Of a DNA stretch of 59,602 bases, positions 9,049-18,139 are shown in pieces (the stretch's first letter is position 1; each line of letters starts with the position of its first letter). The stretch is from Actinomycetota bacterium. Lineage in GTDB: Bacteria; Actinomycetota; Thermoleophilia; Gaiellales; Gaiellaceae. Below the pieces are notes generated by a model. It ran no database searches, was not told the DNA's origin, and worked only from the letters and a program-made list of their open reading frames with translations. Position numbers and translations under genes: made by a program. The stretch spans positions 1 through 59,602 of the forward strand of contig JBKPNC010000028.1 in the NCBI GenBank assembly GCA_046732435.1, read 5' to 3'.

Positions 9049-11115
9049 ATGACGAGCGCCGCCTACGTCGGCGGGATCGCGCTGCTCACCCTTCTGATTG
9101 CCTCGCTGGGCGCCGCCGCCTACCTCGTCAGGCGGCGGCTGTTGCCGGACTGGTCGCACTGCCCGGCACGGCTTGCGGAAACGGTCATCGCACTTTCGAC
9201 TCTCATTCTGCTCGCCGAGCTGCTCGGGACGATCGGACAATTCCGCCGCTGGCCGCTCGTCGTTTGCTCGGTCGCAATAGCGCTGGTCGCACTCCTGGCG
9301 TTCCGCCGCCCGATGAGCGCTCACATTCCTGTCCGCATCAGGATCGACGCCGACGAGTTCGCCGCGCCAAGGCCCGGGCGTTGGCCGAGTGCGATCGCAG
9401 CTGTCGCAGTCGCGTACCTCCTCGCCCTCTCGATGAAGACTGCGCTCGACGCACTGCACGGGGGCATGCGCTCGTTCGACACGCTCTGGTACCACATGCC
9501 GTTCGCGGCGCGCTTCGTGCAGGACGGATACATCACTCGCCTGCACTACGTCGGCAACACGCCCACGTCGTTCTACCCGGCCAACGGCGAGCTCGTCCAC
9601 GCAGTGGGAATCCTTCTTTTCCAGAGCGACGTCGTGTCGCCGGTCGTCAATATCGGGTGGCTCGGACTCGCCCTGCTCTCGGCCTGGTGCATCGGCCGGC
9701 CTTTCGGGGCCGGCCCCGCGACGACAACGGCGGTCGCCCTCGTCGCGTTCCTACCCGTAATGGGCGGCGCCGAGGCGGGTACAGCCTCCACCGACATCGT
9801 TGGGCTGGCCCTCCTGCTCGCGGCCGTGGCTCTGTGGATCACTGCCACCGGAGCTGTCTCCGCGCTCCTCGTCACCGGCCTCGCCGCGGGCCTGGCCGCG
9901 GGAACGCGGCTGAACCTGTGGGCGTCGCTCGTCGCCCTCGTGGTCGTCGTCTTGGTCACGGCGCCGGCAGGGCGGCGCCTGGCGAGGGGTTGCCCTCTCC
10001 TCGCCGGCATCATCGCCGGAAGTGCGTTCTGGTACGTCCGCAACATGGTCGCCGTAGGGAACCCATTGCCCTGGTTCGGGCTGAAGCTCGCCGGTCTCAC
10101 CCTTCCGTCGACAACGGCACCCGTCGACTGTGGAAAGACGTCGGTGGCGCACTACGCGACCAAACCTGGGTTCGTCAGGGCACACCTACTTCCTCAACTC
10201 GATTCGGCGCTCGGCGGACGTTGGTGGCTTGTCCTCGTCCTCGCTGTCGCCGGAATGATTGCGGGATTGGTGTCTCGAGATACACCGGTCGCTCGAGGGC
10301 TGGCGTTCGTGGCCCTCGTCAGCGGGATCGCTTACCTGCTGACGCCCGCGACCGCTGGTGGAGACGATGCGAGGTGCTTCGCTTTCAATACGCGCTTTGC
10401 CGTCCCGGCTCTCGCTCTCGGCGCGCTCGCGCTCGTGCTCGTGCTCGTGCAATGGCGTTCGGGCCCGCTCGCCGCCGTGCTCGTGTTTGCGGTCGCGATC
10501 ATCTTCACCGTTCATGTCCCATTGAGCCCGGTGCCGGCGGTGGCCGCAGCGGTGCTCGTGGCGGGCGTTTCCGCCCTCGCCTTCGTGCTCCGGCGGGACC
10601 TCCCTCGCGCGGCATTCGTCGCGACGGTTGCGGTTGCGGCGCTGCTCGCCGTGGCAGGCTGGCACGAGCAGCGGATCTACGTGCGCGACCGTTACGCGCA
10701 CCTGCGGTTCACACAGCCGATCGAACGCATCGCCAGGTTCATGCTGAGCGTGCGAAATGCCCGCATTGCAGTCAGCGGCTTCGCCGAGAGCTACCCGTTC
10801 TACGGGCGGGACCTGTCGAACCGCGTGGACTATCCGGCGAGGAGGACGAGTGCCCGCTTCAAGACCTATTCGACCTGCCGCAGTTGGCTACTCGCCCTAA
10901 GCAGGGGTCGCTACGACTACGTCGTCACCGCGGTGCAAAGCGCGCATGCGTCTCCGGCCGAGAGGTGGACCCGGGCAGATCCCGGCGCTATGTCCGTTCT
11001 TGCCTCCGCGCCCGGGACCGAGCGGCTTGGCGAGCCGTGGCGTTGGCGACTGTTCCGCCTCCAGCCTCGCGATCGCGTCGACGCCGAAGCGGCGTGTCGG
11101 CGTACCCGTGCATGA
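9049..11115 (+). CDS. Large polytopic membrane protein, GT-C fold-like glycosyltransferase (PMT_2/ArnT-like) with C-terminal soluble domain
   Basis: 688 aa with many hydrophobic helices. The first loop carries an acidic motif, IDADEF. The C-terminal ~150 aa are non-hydrophobic. The family call is inferred from architecture and context. Confidence 0.75.
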   Translation: MTSAAYVGGIALLTLLIASLGAAAYLVRRRLLPDWSHCPARLAETVIALSTLILLAELLGTIGQFRRWPLVVCSVAIALVALLAFRRPMSAHIPVRIRIDADEFAAPRPGRWPSAIAAVAVAYLLALSMKTALDALHGGMRSFDTLWYHMPFAARFVQDGYITRLHYVGNTPTSFYPANGELVHAVGILLFQSDVVSPVVNIGWLGLALLSAWCIGRPFGAGPATTTAVALVAFLPVMGGAEAGTASTDIVGLALLLAAVALWITATGAVSALLVTGLAAGLAAGTRLNLWASLVALVVVVLVTAPAGRRLARGCPLLAGIIAGSAFWYVRNMVAVGNPLPWFGLKLAGLTLPSTTAPVDCGKTSVAHYATKPGFVRAHLLPQLDSALGGRWWLVLVLAVAGMIAGLVSRDTPVARGLAFVALVSGIAYLLTPATAGGDDARCFAFNTRFAVPALALGALALVLVLVQWRSGPLAAVLVFAVAIIFTVHVPLSPVPAVAAAVLVAGVSALAFVLRRDLPRAAFVATVAVAALLAVAGWHEQRIYVRDRYAHLRFTQPIERIARFMLSVRNARIAVSGFAESYPFYGRDLSNRVDYPARRTSARFKTYSTCRSWLLALSRGRYDYVVTAVQSAHASPAERWTRADPGAMSVLASAPGTERLGEPWRWRLFRLQPRDRVDAEAACRRTRA

Positions 11116-11868
11116 ACGCGGTCGAGTTGCCTCGAGCACCATCGTCTCGAGGCGATTGACATCCTCATCGCCAATCGCGCGTCCGTGTGCCTCGATTCCA
11201 CGCAAATGAGGGTCGGCGCTCTCGCCCGGCTGCGTCCGAAATACATCGACAAATCCGACTTCGACCAGCATGTCCGAGAGCGTGCCCTCGTCGTAAATGA
11301 AGCGGTGCCCGTACGCATTGAACATCTGATTGATCACATGGCAGCGGGAACCGCCCGGCTTGATGTCACGCCCCAGCTTTCTCATCACCCAGTTGACGTA
11401 GTGCTGCTCGAGCTCGTCAAGCGGATCCTCGTACACGCCAAGGATCGCAGCGAGATCGGGCGTGGCGATTCGCAACCGGCCCCCCGGACGAAGCACGCGA
11501 AAGCATTCCCGAAGCATCGCGCGCGCCTCAGGCTCAGAGATGTGCTCGATCTGATGCTCGGTGAAGACGTATTCGAAGACCATATCGCCAAACGGGAACG
11601 GCCGTGCCGCATCCATGAAGACGATCTGACGTCGGTGCTCGGGATAGATGTCTGGAAACACATCTGTGTTGAGCCATCCCGGGAGCGGATTCGGCCCCGT
11701 TCCGATCTGCAGCTTTGGGACGGCGGTCGCCGCGAGATATCGCGCTACCGCTTGGCGGTCGGTGATCCGTCGTACAATCGGCCGCGTCTTCTTGTCGTAG
11801 GCCGCATAAAGAACGACGAGCAATCGGACGCGTCTGAGCGTCTTGCGAATGCCGTGAGAGTTCCGCAA
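10897..11868 (-). CDS. Class I SAM-dependent methyltransferase (Methyltransf_11-like)
   Basis: IGTGPNPLPGWLNTD ... FTEHQIEHISEPEARAMLRECFRVLRPGGRLRIATPD. The last ~75 codons are low-complexity and overlap the 3' end of 9049..11115. Confidence 0.8.
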   Translation of the reverse strand: MRNSHGIRKTLRRVRLLVVLYAAYDKKTRPIVRRITDRQAVARYLAATAVPKLQIGTGPNPLPGWLNTDVFPDIYPEHRRQIVFMDAARPFPFGDMVFEYVFTEHQIEHISEPEARAMLRECFRVLRPGGRLRIATPDLAAILGVYEDPLDELEQHYVNWVMRKLGRDIKPGGSRCHVINQMFNAYGHRFIYDEGTLSDMLVEVGFVDVFRTQPGESADPHLRGIEAHGRAIGDEDVNRLETMVLEATRPRSCTGTPTRRFGVDAIARLEAEQSPTPRLAKPLGPGRGGKNGHSAGICPGPPLGRRRMRALHRGDDVVVATPA

Positions 11869-11890
11869 CGTCTTCGTTCGCTACCCGCGA

Positions 11891-12937
11891 CTATCCGCTT
11901 CTGCGGTCGGCAAACTCCGCCTGCACCCTGTACACGGCCGTCCGCAAGCGGTGTCCTTGCTCGGCCTCCCTGCGTGCGCGCTCGTGATGCACATATGCGA
12001 CGAGGCCGGACGATCCCGACGCCGACCTCGCCCGGTCGGCAGCAGCGGCAAAGAGCTCCTCGGCCGCGTCGCGGTAGCCAGCCCTGCTCATCGTCTTCGC
12101 CAGCCACGTCTGCGAGTGGACGAGTGTAGAGGTGATCTCGTCCTCGCTCACCCCCATCGCAAGCAGCAGCTGCCGGTTGATCCGCGCCGCTCCCTCGAGC
12201 GGGTCCGGGGCGCCCTCGGCCCGGGCTCGTGCTGCCGCGCGCGCGGCGACCGACTCGAGCGACTGCGCCTCGAGCCTTTGAACCGTCGCCTGCCCGCCAT
12301 GCATGCGGTAACAGATGACGAGCTCCGGCAGGTTCGCGAGTTGGCGCCGCTCGCCGATTCGCAGCCAGAGATCGAGATCTTCGGCCTCGCGGAAGAGGGT
12401 CCGGTAGCCGCCGAGTGAGCGGAAGACGTCCCGCCGCAGCATTACGGCGGGATGGGCGAGTGGCGTCGTGTACGCAAAGGCGTTTCGGATCTCCGAGTCC
12501 GCGAGCGGGTACTCCACGCCCGCGAATGCCCTCCCGTGCTCGTCGACGAAGGTGACGGCGCCGCCAACGACCGCGACCAGCTCGTGCTCGGCAAGAAACT
12601 GCCGCTGACGTTCGAAACGATTCGGCAGAGCGATGTCATCTGCGTCGAGTCGCGCGACGTATGGCGCCCGCGCAAGCGTGATTCCCCGATTCAATGCGGC
12701 GGCTCGCCCCTGATTCGCCTGACGATGGATCGCAATTCTCGAGTCGCTCGAAGCGTAATCGTTCAGGATCTGCCAGCTCGCGTCGGTCGAGCCGTCGTCG
12801 ACCGCCACGAGCTCCAAGTCGCCGAGCGACTGGGCCAGCACGCTCTCGATCGCCTGGCGCAGAAAGCGCTCGCCGTTATACACGGAGATCACGACAGAGA
12901 CGGCTGGCGACCCAACCGGCCTACCCACGGAGTGCAT
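11891..12937 (-). CDS. Glycosyltransferase family 2 with helical C-terminal extension
   Basis: VSVVISVYNGERFLRQAIESVLAQSLGDLELVAVDDGSTD ... ARLDADD. Start taken at ATG 12937 (MHSVGRP...). Confidence 0.88.
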   Translation of the reverse strand: MHSVGRPVGSPAVSVVISVYNGERFLRQAIESVLAQSLGDLELVAVDDGSTDASWQILNDYASSDSRIAIHRQANQGRAAALNRGITLARAPYVARLDADDIALPNRFERQRQFLAEHELVAVVGGAVTFVDEHGRAFAGVEYPLADSEIRNAFAYTTPLAHPAVMLRRDVFRSLGGYRTLFREAEDLDLWLRIGERRQLANLPELVICYRMHGGQATVQRLEAQSLESVAARAAARARAEGAPDPLEGAARINRQLLLAMGVSEDEITSTLVHSQTWLAKTMSRAGYRDAAEELFAAAADRARSASGSSGLVAYVHHERARREAEQGHRLRTAVYRVQAEFADRRSG

Positions 12938-13059
12938 AACGATAGTCTTGCGCGCATGAGCCAGCGCCGGGCCGCCGCGCCCGGTCCCTCCCGCCGAGGG
13001 CACCGCTGCTCGGCGCGGCCATCCGGGACCTCGATTGCGAAAATCGGCTTTCGCGGATC

Positions 13060-13950
13060 ATGAAGTCTCTTTTCAAAGATCTCCTCATTCGTCTGGTGGG
13101 GAAGCCTGTACGGCGGACGCTAGAGGGATCGGGCATCGTGAGCAACCCGTTCCTGAGCGCGAAAATCGTCCCTCTGGAGAGGCGAGCCATCTTGGATGGT
13201 CAGGCGCAGCTCGTGGTACGCCAACCTAAAGCCTCCGAATTAGCCGGCCCGGACGGCTTTCCAGTCCCCCCGCAGGAGCTTCGCGAGGGCTGGTGGGGCT
13301 CTGATATGGATTACCTCAACTCGGGTCGCCGAGACGTGGCCCGAATGCTGGCCATTATCGGCCAAGCCGGAGAATCACCCGCTCGCTGGGACCGCTTGCT
13401 CGATTTCGGGTGCGCAGCGGGGAGAATGCTCCGGTTCGTTCCGCGTCCCGCCGAGTGTGAGTGCTGGGGAGTCGATATCAAGGCAAGACACATTGCCTGG
13501 TGCCATGAACACCTTAGTCCACCGTTCTTCTTCACCGCTACGACGACGCTCCCGCACCTTCCTTTTGAAGACCAGTACTTTGACCTGATCTATTGCAGCT
13601 CGGTTTTCACGCATATCGGCGACTTACCTGATTCGACTCTCCTCGAACTTCGGCGCATCCTCTCACCGGGCGGCCTCATCTACCTGACTGTTCACGATGA
13701 GCACTCCGTCAACGCACTGTTCGTTCGGTTTCAGGAGCGGGGATTGGCGCAAATGCTGCGCCGGATCGACGCGGAAACAGGCATCCTAAACAGCGGGTAT
13801 GAGTTGTTCTATATCGGAACCGAGCCATGGACCCTGGTTTTCTACGACAGCGGTTATCTGACTGAGAAATGGTCACGTTTCATGGAAATTGTCTCGGTTA
13901 CACCGGAAGCAATGGACTATCAAACCGCCCTCCTCCTCCGCAAGCGGTGA
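13060..13950 (+). CDS. Class I SAM-dependent methyltransferase
   Basis: LLDFGCAAGRMLRF (motif I), FDLIYCSSVFTHI, ILSPGGLIYLTVHD. GC content is visibly lower than in the neighbours. Confidence 0.85.
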   Translation: MKSLFKDLLIRLVGKPVRRTLEGSGIVSNPFLSAKIVPLERRAILDGQAQLVVRQPKASELAGPDGFPVPPQELREGWWGSDMDYLNSGRRDVARMLAIIGQAGESPARWDRLLDFGCAAGRMLRFVPRPAECECWGVDIKARHIAWCHEHLSPPFFFTATTTLPHLPFEDQYFDLIYCSSVFTHIGDLPDSTLLELRRILSPGGLIYLTVHDEHSVNALFVRFQERGLAQMLRRIDAETGILNSGYELFYIGTEPWTLVFYDSGYLTEKWSRFMEIVSVTPEAMDYQTALLLRKR

Positions 13951-14248
13951 GCACCTCCGCCCTCGCTGCGGCGTTGAGCAGTACCGGGCGAGAACTTGGG
14001 ACGTCAGCCCGGCGCGGTCGGCGCGGGCCGGCCGGCGCGCAGACTCGACGGGCTATCATCGGCGCGATGTCGAGTCGAAGAGGCAAGACGGTCGGCACCC
14101 GCCGGCGAGGTTCTGGCCCGGTCGGGCAGGCGTGCTTGCAGCCCAGGCCCCCGGAAGGGAACGCGGCGACGCTCCATGAGCCGATCGCGGTTCCGGCCAT
14201 CGACGCTGGGAGTTCGCGGCCGTCAGCGAGTCGGCCCCACCCGGCTCT

Positions 14249-15148
14249 TTGAGCGACGACCGAGGAGCGACCCTCGACGTCGCAGCGTCGAAGGAACAGG
14301 CGCGCGTGCTGCCCGCCCAGGATCCACTTGGCCCCGCGGTCAGGGTCGAGCCTTCGCGCGGCTGGCGAGCACTCGAGCTAAAGGACCTGTGGCGGAGCCG
14401 GGAGCTGCTCTACTTCCTCACCTGGCGCGACATCAAGGTCCGTTACAAGCAGACAATCCTCGGCGTCAGCTGGGCGATTCTCCAGCCGCTCCTGACGATG
14501 GTCGTCTTCAGTCTCTTCTTCGGCCATCTCGCGCAGATTCCGTCCGAGGGAGTGCCCTATCCACTGTTCGCGTTTGCCGGGCTCGTTCCGTGGACCTTCT
14601 TCTCGAACTCGCTCACGCTGAGTTCGGCCAGCCTGGTTGCGACGCCGGATCTCGTGACGAAGGTGTACTTCCCGCGCGTGATCATGCCGGCGGCAGCTGT
14701 TCTCGGCGGGTTGGTCGACCTTGGGTTTTCCTTCGTAGTGCTGGTCGCGGTGACGCTCTCCTACGGGGTCGTGCCTGGACCGCAGATGCTGGTGCTGCTT
14801 CCCTTAGTGGTATTAGCGCTCGTAACCGCGCTCGCTGCGGCGTTGTGGCTGTCGGCGCTGAACGTCGAATATCGCGACGTGCGTTATGTCGTGCCCTTTT
14901 TGGCGCAGCTGTGGCTTTTCGTGACGCCGGTTGCGTACCCCAGCAGCCTCGTCGCCGAGCCCTGGCGCGCGCTTCTCGGGTTGAACCCAATGGTGGGCGT
15001 AGTTGAAGGGTTCCGCTGGGCGCTCCTCGGAACGAGCCCGGCTCCGGGGCCGGAGGTTGCGGTCTCGGTGGCGGCTGGCCTCATCCTGTTCATCAGTGGC
15101 CTTCTCTACTTCCGCCGCGTCGAGGACGAGTTCCCAGACGTAATCTGA
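14249..15148 (+). CDS. wzm: ABC-2 type polysaccharide export permease (Wzm/TagG-like)
   Basis: DLWRSRELLYFLTWRDIKVRYKQTILGVSWAILQPLL, the typical ABC-2 N-terminus, plus six hydrophobic segments. TTG 14249 is the ORF-track start. An alternative is GTG 14306, preceded by AAGGAA. Confidence 0.88.
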   Translation: MSDDRGATLDVAASKEQARVLPAQDPLGPAVRVEPSRGWRALELKDLWRSRELLYFLTWRDIKVRYKQTILGVSWAILQPLLTMVVFSLFFGHLAQIPSEGVPYPLFAFAGLVPWTFFSNSLTLSSASLVATPDLVTKVYFPRVIMPAAAVLGGLVDLGFSFVVLVAVTLSYGVVPGPQMLVLLPLVVLALVTALAAALWLSALNVEYRDVRYVVPFLAQLWLFVTPVAYPSSLVAEPWRALLGLNPMVGVVEGFRWALLGTSPAPGPEVAVSVAAGLILFISGLLYFRRVEDEFPDVI

Positions 15149-15152
15149 ACCG

Positions 15153-16409
15153 ATGGCTCCAGCAGTTCGAGCGGAACGTGTCTCCAAGCGTTATCGGATA
15201 GGCAGCGCTCACGGGTACAAGACCGTGCGCGAGAGCCTCGCCAACGCGGCACGTCGTCCTTTCGGTCTGTCGAGTACCCGGCGGTCAAGCTCGAGTCCCT
15301 TCATCTGGGCGCTAAGAGACGTGTCGTTCGAGATCGCGCAGGGCGAGGTCGTCGGAATCATCGGACGCAACGGAGCCGGAAAGACGACGATCCTCAAGAT
15401 CCTGTCGCGGATTACAAAGCCGACCGCCGGGTGGGCCGAGATTCATGGTCGCGTGGGACTGTTGCTCGAGGTCGGAACTGGGTTCCACCCCGAGCTGACG
15501 GGGCGTGAGAACGTCTATCTGAGTGGAGCGATTCTTGGCATGCCACGGAGGGAGATCAGGCGCCGCTTCGACGAGATCGTCGAGTTCGCGGACGTACGCG
15601 AGTTCCTCGACACGCCGCTCAAGCGCTACTCGAGCGGAATGAAGGTTCGCCTCGCCTTCGCCGTCGCCGCGCACCTGGAGCCGGAGCTCCTGATCGTGGA
15701 CGAGGTCCTTGCGGTCGGAGACCTCGCGTTCCAAAAAAAGTGCCTCGGAAAGATGGGCGAGGTGACGGGCGAGGGACGCACCGTGCTCTTCGTGAGCCAC
15801 AACATGTCGCTCATCCGCGCCCTCTGCCGGCGGGCCATCCTGCTTGAGCGCGGATCGATCGTCACCGATAGTCCGGTCGACGCGGCCGTTGGGGCATACC
15901 TTCGCAGCCTCGAGCAAATGGGATCCGAGAGCCTGGTGGAGCGAACCGACCGCCGCGGCTGGTTCGAGGTCATGCTGAGCCGGGTGGAGATCGTGGGTGC
16001 CTATGGTGGCTCGGGCCGGCTCGTGACCGGGGACGAGGGCCGCTTCTTGTTCCACCTGAATGGTCTCGTGGCGGGGACGACCTGCACGTTCACCATCAGC
16101 AACCATCTGGGACAGGCCGTCACGACGCTCAGCAGCACTGTCGCCACCGCCGCAGACCGCGACGACGCGGAGCTTGAGAACTGTTTCGAGTGCACAATCG
16201 ACGAGCTGCTTCTCGTCCCCGGCCGCTACCGCGTCGACGTGACGATAAAGGGGAGAGGCCACCTTCAGGACTACGTCGAAGGTGCTGCCTTCTTCGATGT
16301 TGAGGAGGGCCCCTTCCGCGGACGGCCACTTCCAGAAGCTGCGAAGGGGGACGTTGTGTTGCCCCATCGGTGGCGAGCGCCGGTAGAGCGCCGACCCGCT
16401 TCCGTGTGA
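15153..16409 (+). CDS. wzt: Polysaccharide export ABC ATP-binding protein with C-terminal glycan-binding-type extension (Wzt-like)
   Basis: Walker A GRNGAGKTT, signature YSSGMKVRL, Walker B LLIVDEVLAVGD. An extra ~150-aa beta-rich C-terminal domain (...RVEIVGAYGG...FTISNHLGQAV...GRYRVDVTIK...) is present, as in Wzt proteins. Confidence 0.9.
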   Translation: MAPAVRAERVSKRYRIGSAHGYKTVRESLANAARRPFGLSSTRRSSSSPFIWALRDVSFEIAQGEVVGIIGRNGAGKTTILKILSRITKPTAGWAEIHGRVGLLLEVGTGFHPELTGRENVYLSGAILGMPRREIRRRFDEIVEFADVREFLDTPLKRYSSGMKVRLAFAVAAHLEPELLIVDEVLAVGDLAFQKKCLGKMGEVTGEGRTVLFVSHNMSLIRALCRRAILLERGSIVTDSPVDAAVGAYLRSLEQMGSESLVERTDRRGWFEVMLSRVEIVGAYGGSGRLVTGDEGRFLFHLNGLVAGTTCTFTISNHLGQAVTTLSSTVATAADRDDAELENCFECTIDELLLVPGRYRVDVTIKGRGHLQDYVEGAAFFDVEEGPFRGRPLPEAAKGDVVLPHRWRAPVERRPASV

Positions 16410-16936
16410 GGCGACGCCGCCACCCCAACGCTCCAAGCCCCCGCTGGTGAACCCAGCGCGAAATCGCTCGAGCGAGGTTTCGAGCAGCGGCCGCGTTTCG
16501 GCGTCGTCATCGCGAGCTATGACCGATGTGAGGTCGTTCACAGCGTGGCGGCGCTGTAACGGCGATCTATCCTGTGCTACGGCGGGTGGTCGAGGAGGAG
16601 GCGACCACCGGCTCGGCCGGGCGTCGCTACGAGCGTCGGGGCGGCGGGCAACGCAACGGCGGTATCCACCTCGAGTGCCACCGATCGCCATGCTCGAACG
16701 CTCTCCACGTCGGCCAAAACGACGGCGCCAGCGGTCACAGCCCACATCGCCTCGGTAAGTCGACGGAGAAGAGCGCGACGTGTCGCTCTCGGCCTCGACC
16801 CATGGCCTGTGCGGCGGGCTGCGGCTCGTCCTAAACCGGCGACGAAAACCTGCCCTCCTCTGGGCAGGCCCGCATGGAGACGGATGCGTCTATCCCACGA
16901 GCCCGTTGGACTTGTGGGTTGCCACGCCTTAAGGCT

Positions 16937-17983
16937 CTAGAGGCGGCATCCAGGAGCACGGCCCGCGACGACGCCGTCGACGCTCGCCGACGAATGCCGA
17001 GGCGTTGTTCGAGTTGGCCTCCTTGCCTCGCGTCCGGCAAGGCGGCGCGCGGCGGCGCGCGGCGCCACGGCAGCTGCAAGAGCTGCGATTCGCACTGCCG
17101 CTGGCAGGCCCGCAGCCAACGTGACGTCGATTGCTCGTCGGCGCGCGTCAGGCCTCCTCTCCCTGATTGCCTGTTCCGCCTCAGCGAGGAGGGCGCGCCG
17201 GCGGCGGCCCACGAGGAAACGGGAAAGCATCTCTCGTTCGTTCGGCGCCAGATCAAGGCGAGAGGCCAGCTCGAGCACGGTCACGCGTGATCGCAATGCG
17301 GCGACCCGGTTCGCTGTGAGGCTGGGGCCGCCGATCCGATAGCGCACGAGCGGCATGTCGACGAAACCGGCCGCCGACCCTGCGTGAAGCAACCGGATCC
17401 AGCACTCCCAATCTTCACCGATGAGCAGCGATTCGTCGAAGCCACCGATCGCGATCAGCGCCTCACGTCTGATCGCCGGCTCCGCGAGGAAGCAGCGCTC
17501 GAAAATGGCCAGGTTCTGTTCGGCAACCGCGAACGGCGTCTTTTCCGAGAAGCGGCCCACGAGTTCGGAATCCACTTCGAGGTGGAGATCCGTCATGAGG
17601 ATGTCGAGATCGGGCCGTGCGCCTGCAAGCTCGGTCAGCGCCTCGAGCCGAGCTGGCTCGTAGACGTCGTCGGCGTCCAGGATCGAGATGAAGTCGCCAG
17701 TTGCCAGGCGTATCCCGACGTTCCGCGCTGCAGCCGGGCCGCGGTTCTCCTGGCGAATCAATGTGACTCGGTCTCGGTACGGTTCAAGCGCGTCTGGCGT
17801 GCCGTCGGTCGAACCGTCGTCGACGACGATCACTTCGTGTGCCGGCACGGTCTGGCTGAGCGCCGACTCGACGGCTTCTGCGATCGTGGCGGACGCCTGG
17901 TAGGCGGCGATGAGGATCGAGAAGGTCGGTACCGGACCCGGCTCGAGGCCGAGAGTCGGCGACGGCGCGAGGAAGGGTCTCAC
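16937..17983 (-). CDS. Glycosyltransferase family 2 (paralog of 7988..9001)
   Basis: FSILIAAYQASATIAEAVESALSQTVPAHEVIVVDDGSTDGT ... ILDADDVYEPARLEAL. Confidence 0.88.
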   Translation of the reverse strand: MRPFLAPSPTLGLEPGPVPTFSILIAAYQASATIAEAVESALSQTVPAHEVIVVDDGSTDGTPDALEPYRDRVTLIRQENRGPAAARNVGIRLATGDFISILDADDVYEPARLEALTELAGARPDLDILMTDLHLEVDSELVGRFSEKTPFAVAEQNLAIFERCFLAEPAIRREALIAIGGFDESLLIGEDWECWIRLLHAGSAAGFVDMPLVRYRIGGPSLTANRVAALRSRVTVLELASRLDLAPNEREMLSRFLVGRRRRALLAEAEQAIRERRPDARRRAIDVTLAAGLPAAVRIAALAAAVAPRAAARRLAGREARRPTRTTPRHSSASVDGVVAGRAPGCRL

Positions 17984-18139
17984 GGCCTAGCTTTCGGGGC
18001 CCGAGCGTCGGCTGCGGCTGATCGTCTCGACGCATACGGCAGCACGACGAGGTAGCGCTCACCTCGCGTCGGATCGTACGCCGATCGCAGCGATGTAGGG
18101 CATTTCAACATCGCACTGCTGAGCCGGATTCGAGAGCGT

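Noticed and set aside
9264-11159. 631-aa ORF in a second frame of the GT-C-like gene
   Set aside because: The sequence is Arg/Pro-rich and lacks hydrophobic helices. The 688-aa frame gives a coherent polytopic membrane protein.
15312-16745. 477-aa ORF antisense to the wzt gene
   Set aside because: It lies opposite a gene with unambiguous Walker/signature motifs. Its translation is Arg/Gly/Ala-rich with no motif. Long spurious antisense ORFs are expected at this GC content.
16580-16936. 119 codons remain open in the same frame immediately after the TAG stop of the GT2 gene 16937..17983 (possible readthrough or former longer gene)
   Set aside because: The GT2 is already full length compared with its paralog. 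By my count the extension has only about 66% G/C at third positions, close to bulk composition rather than gene-like. It has no start codon of its own.
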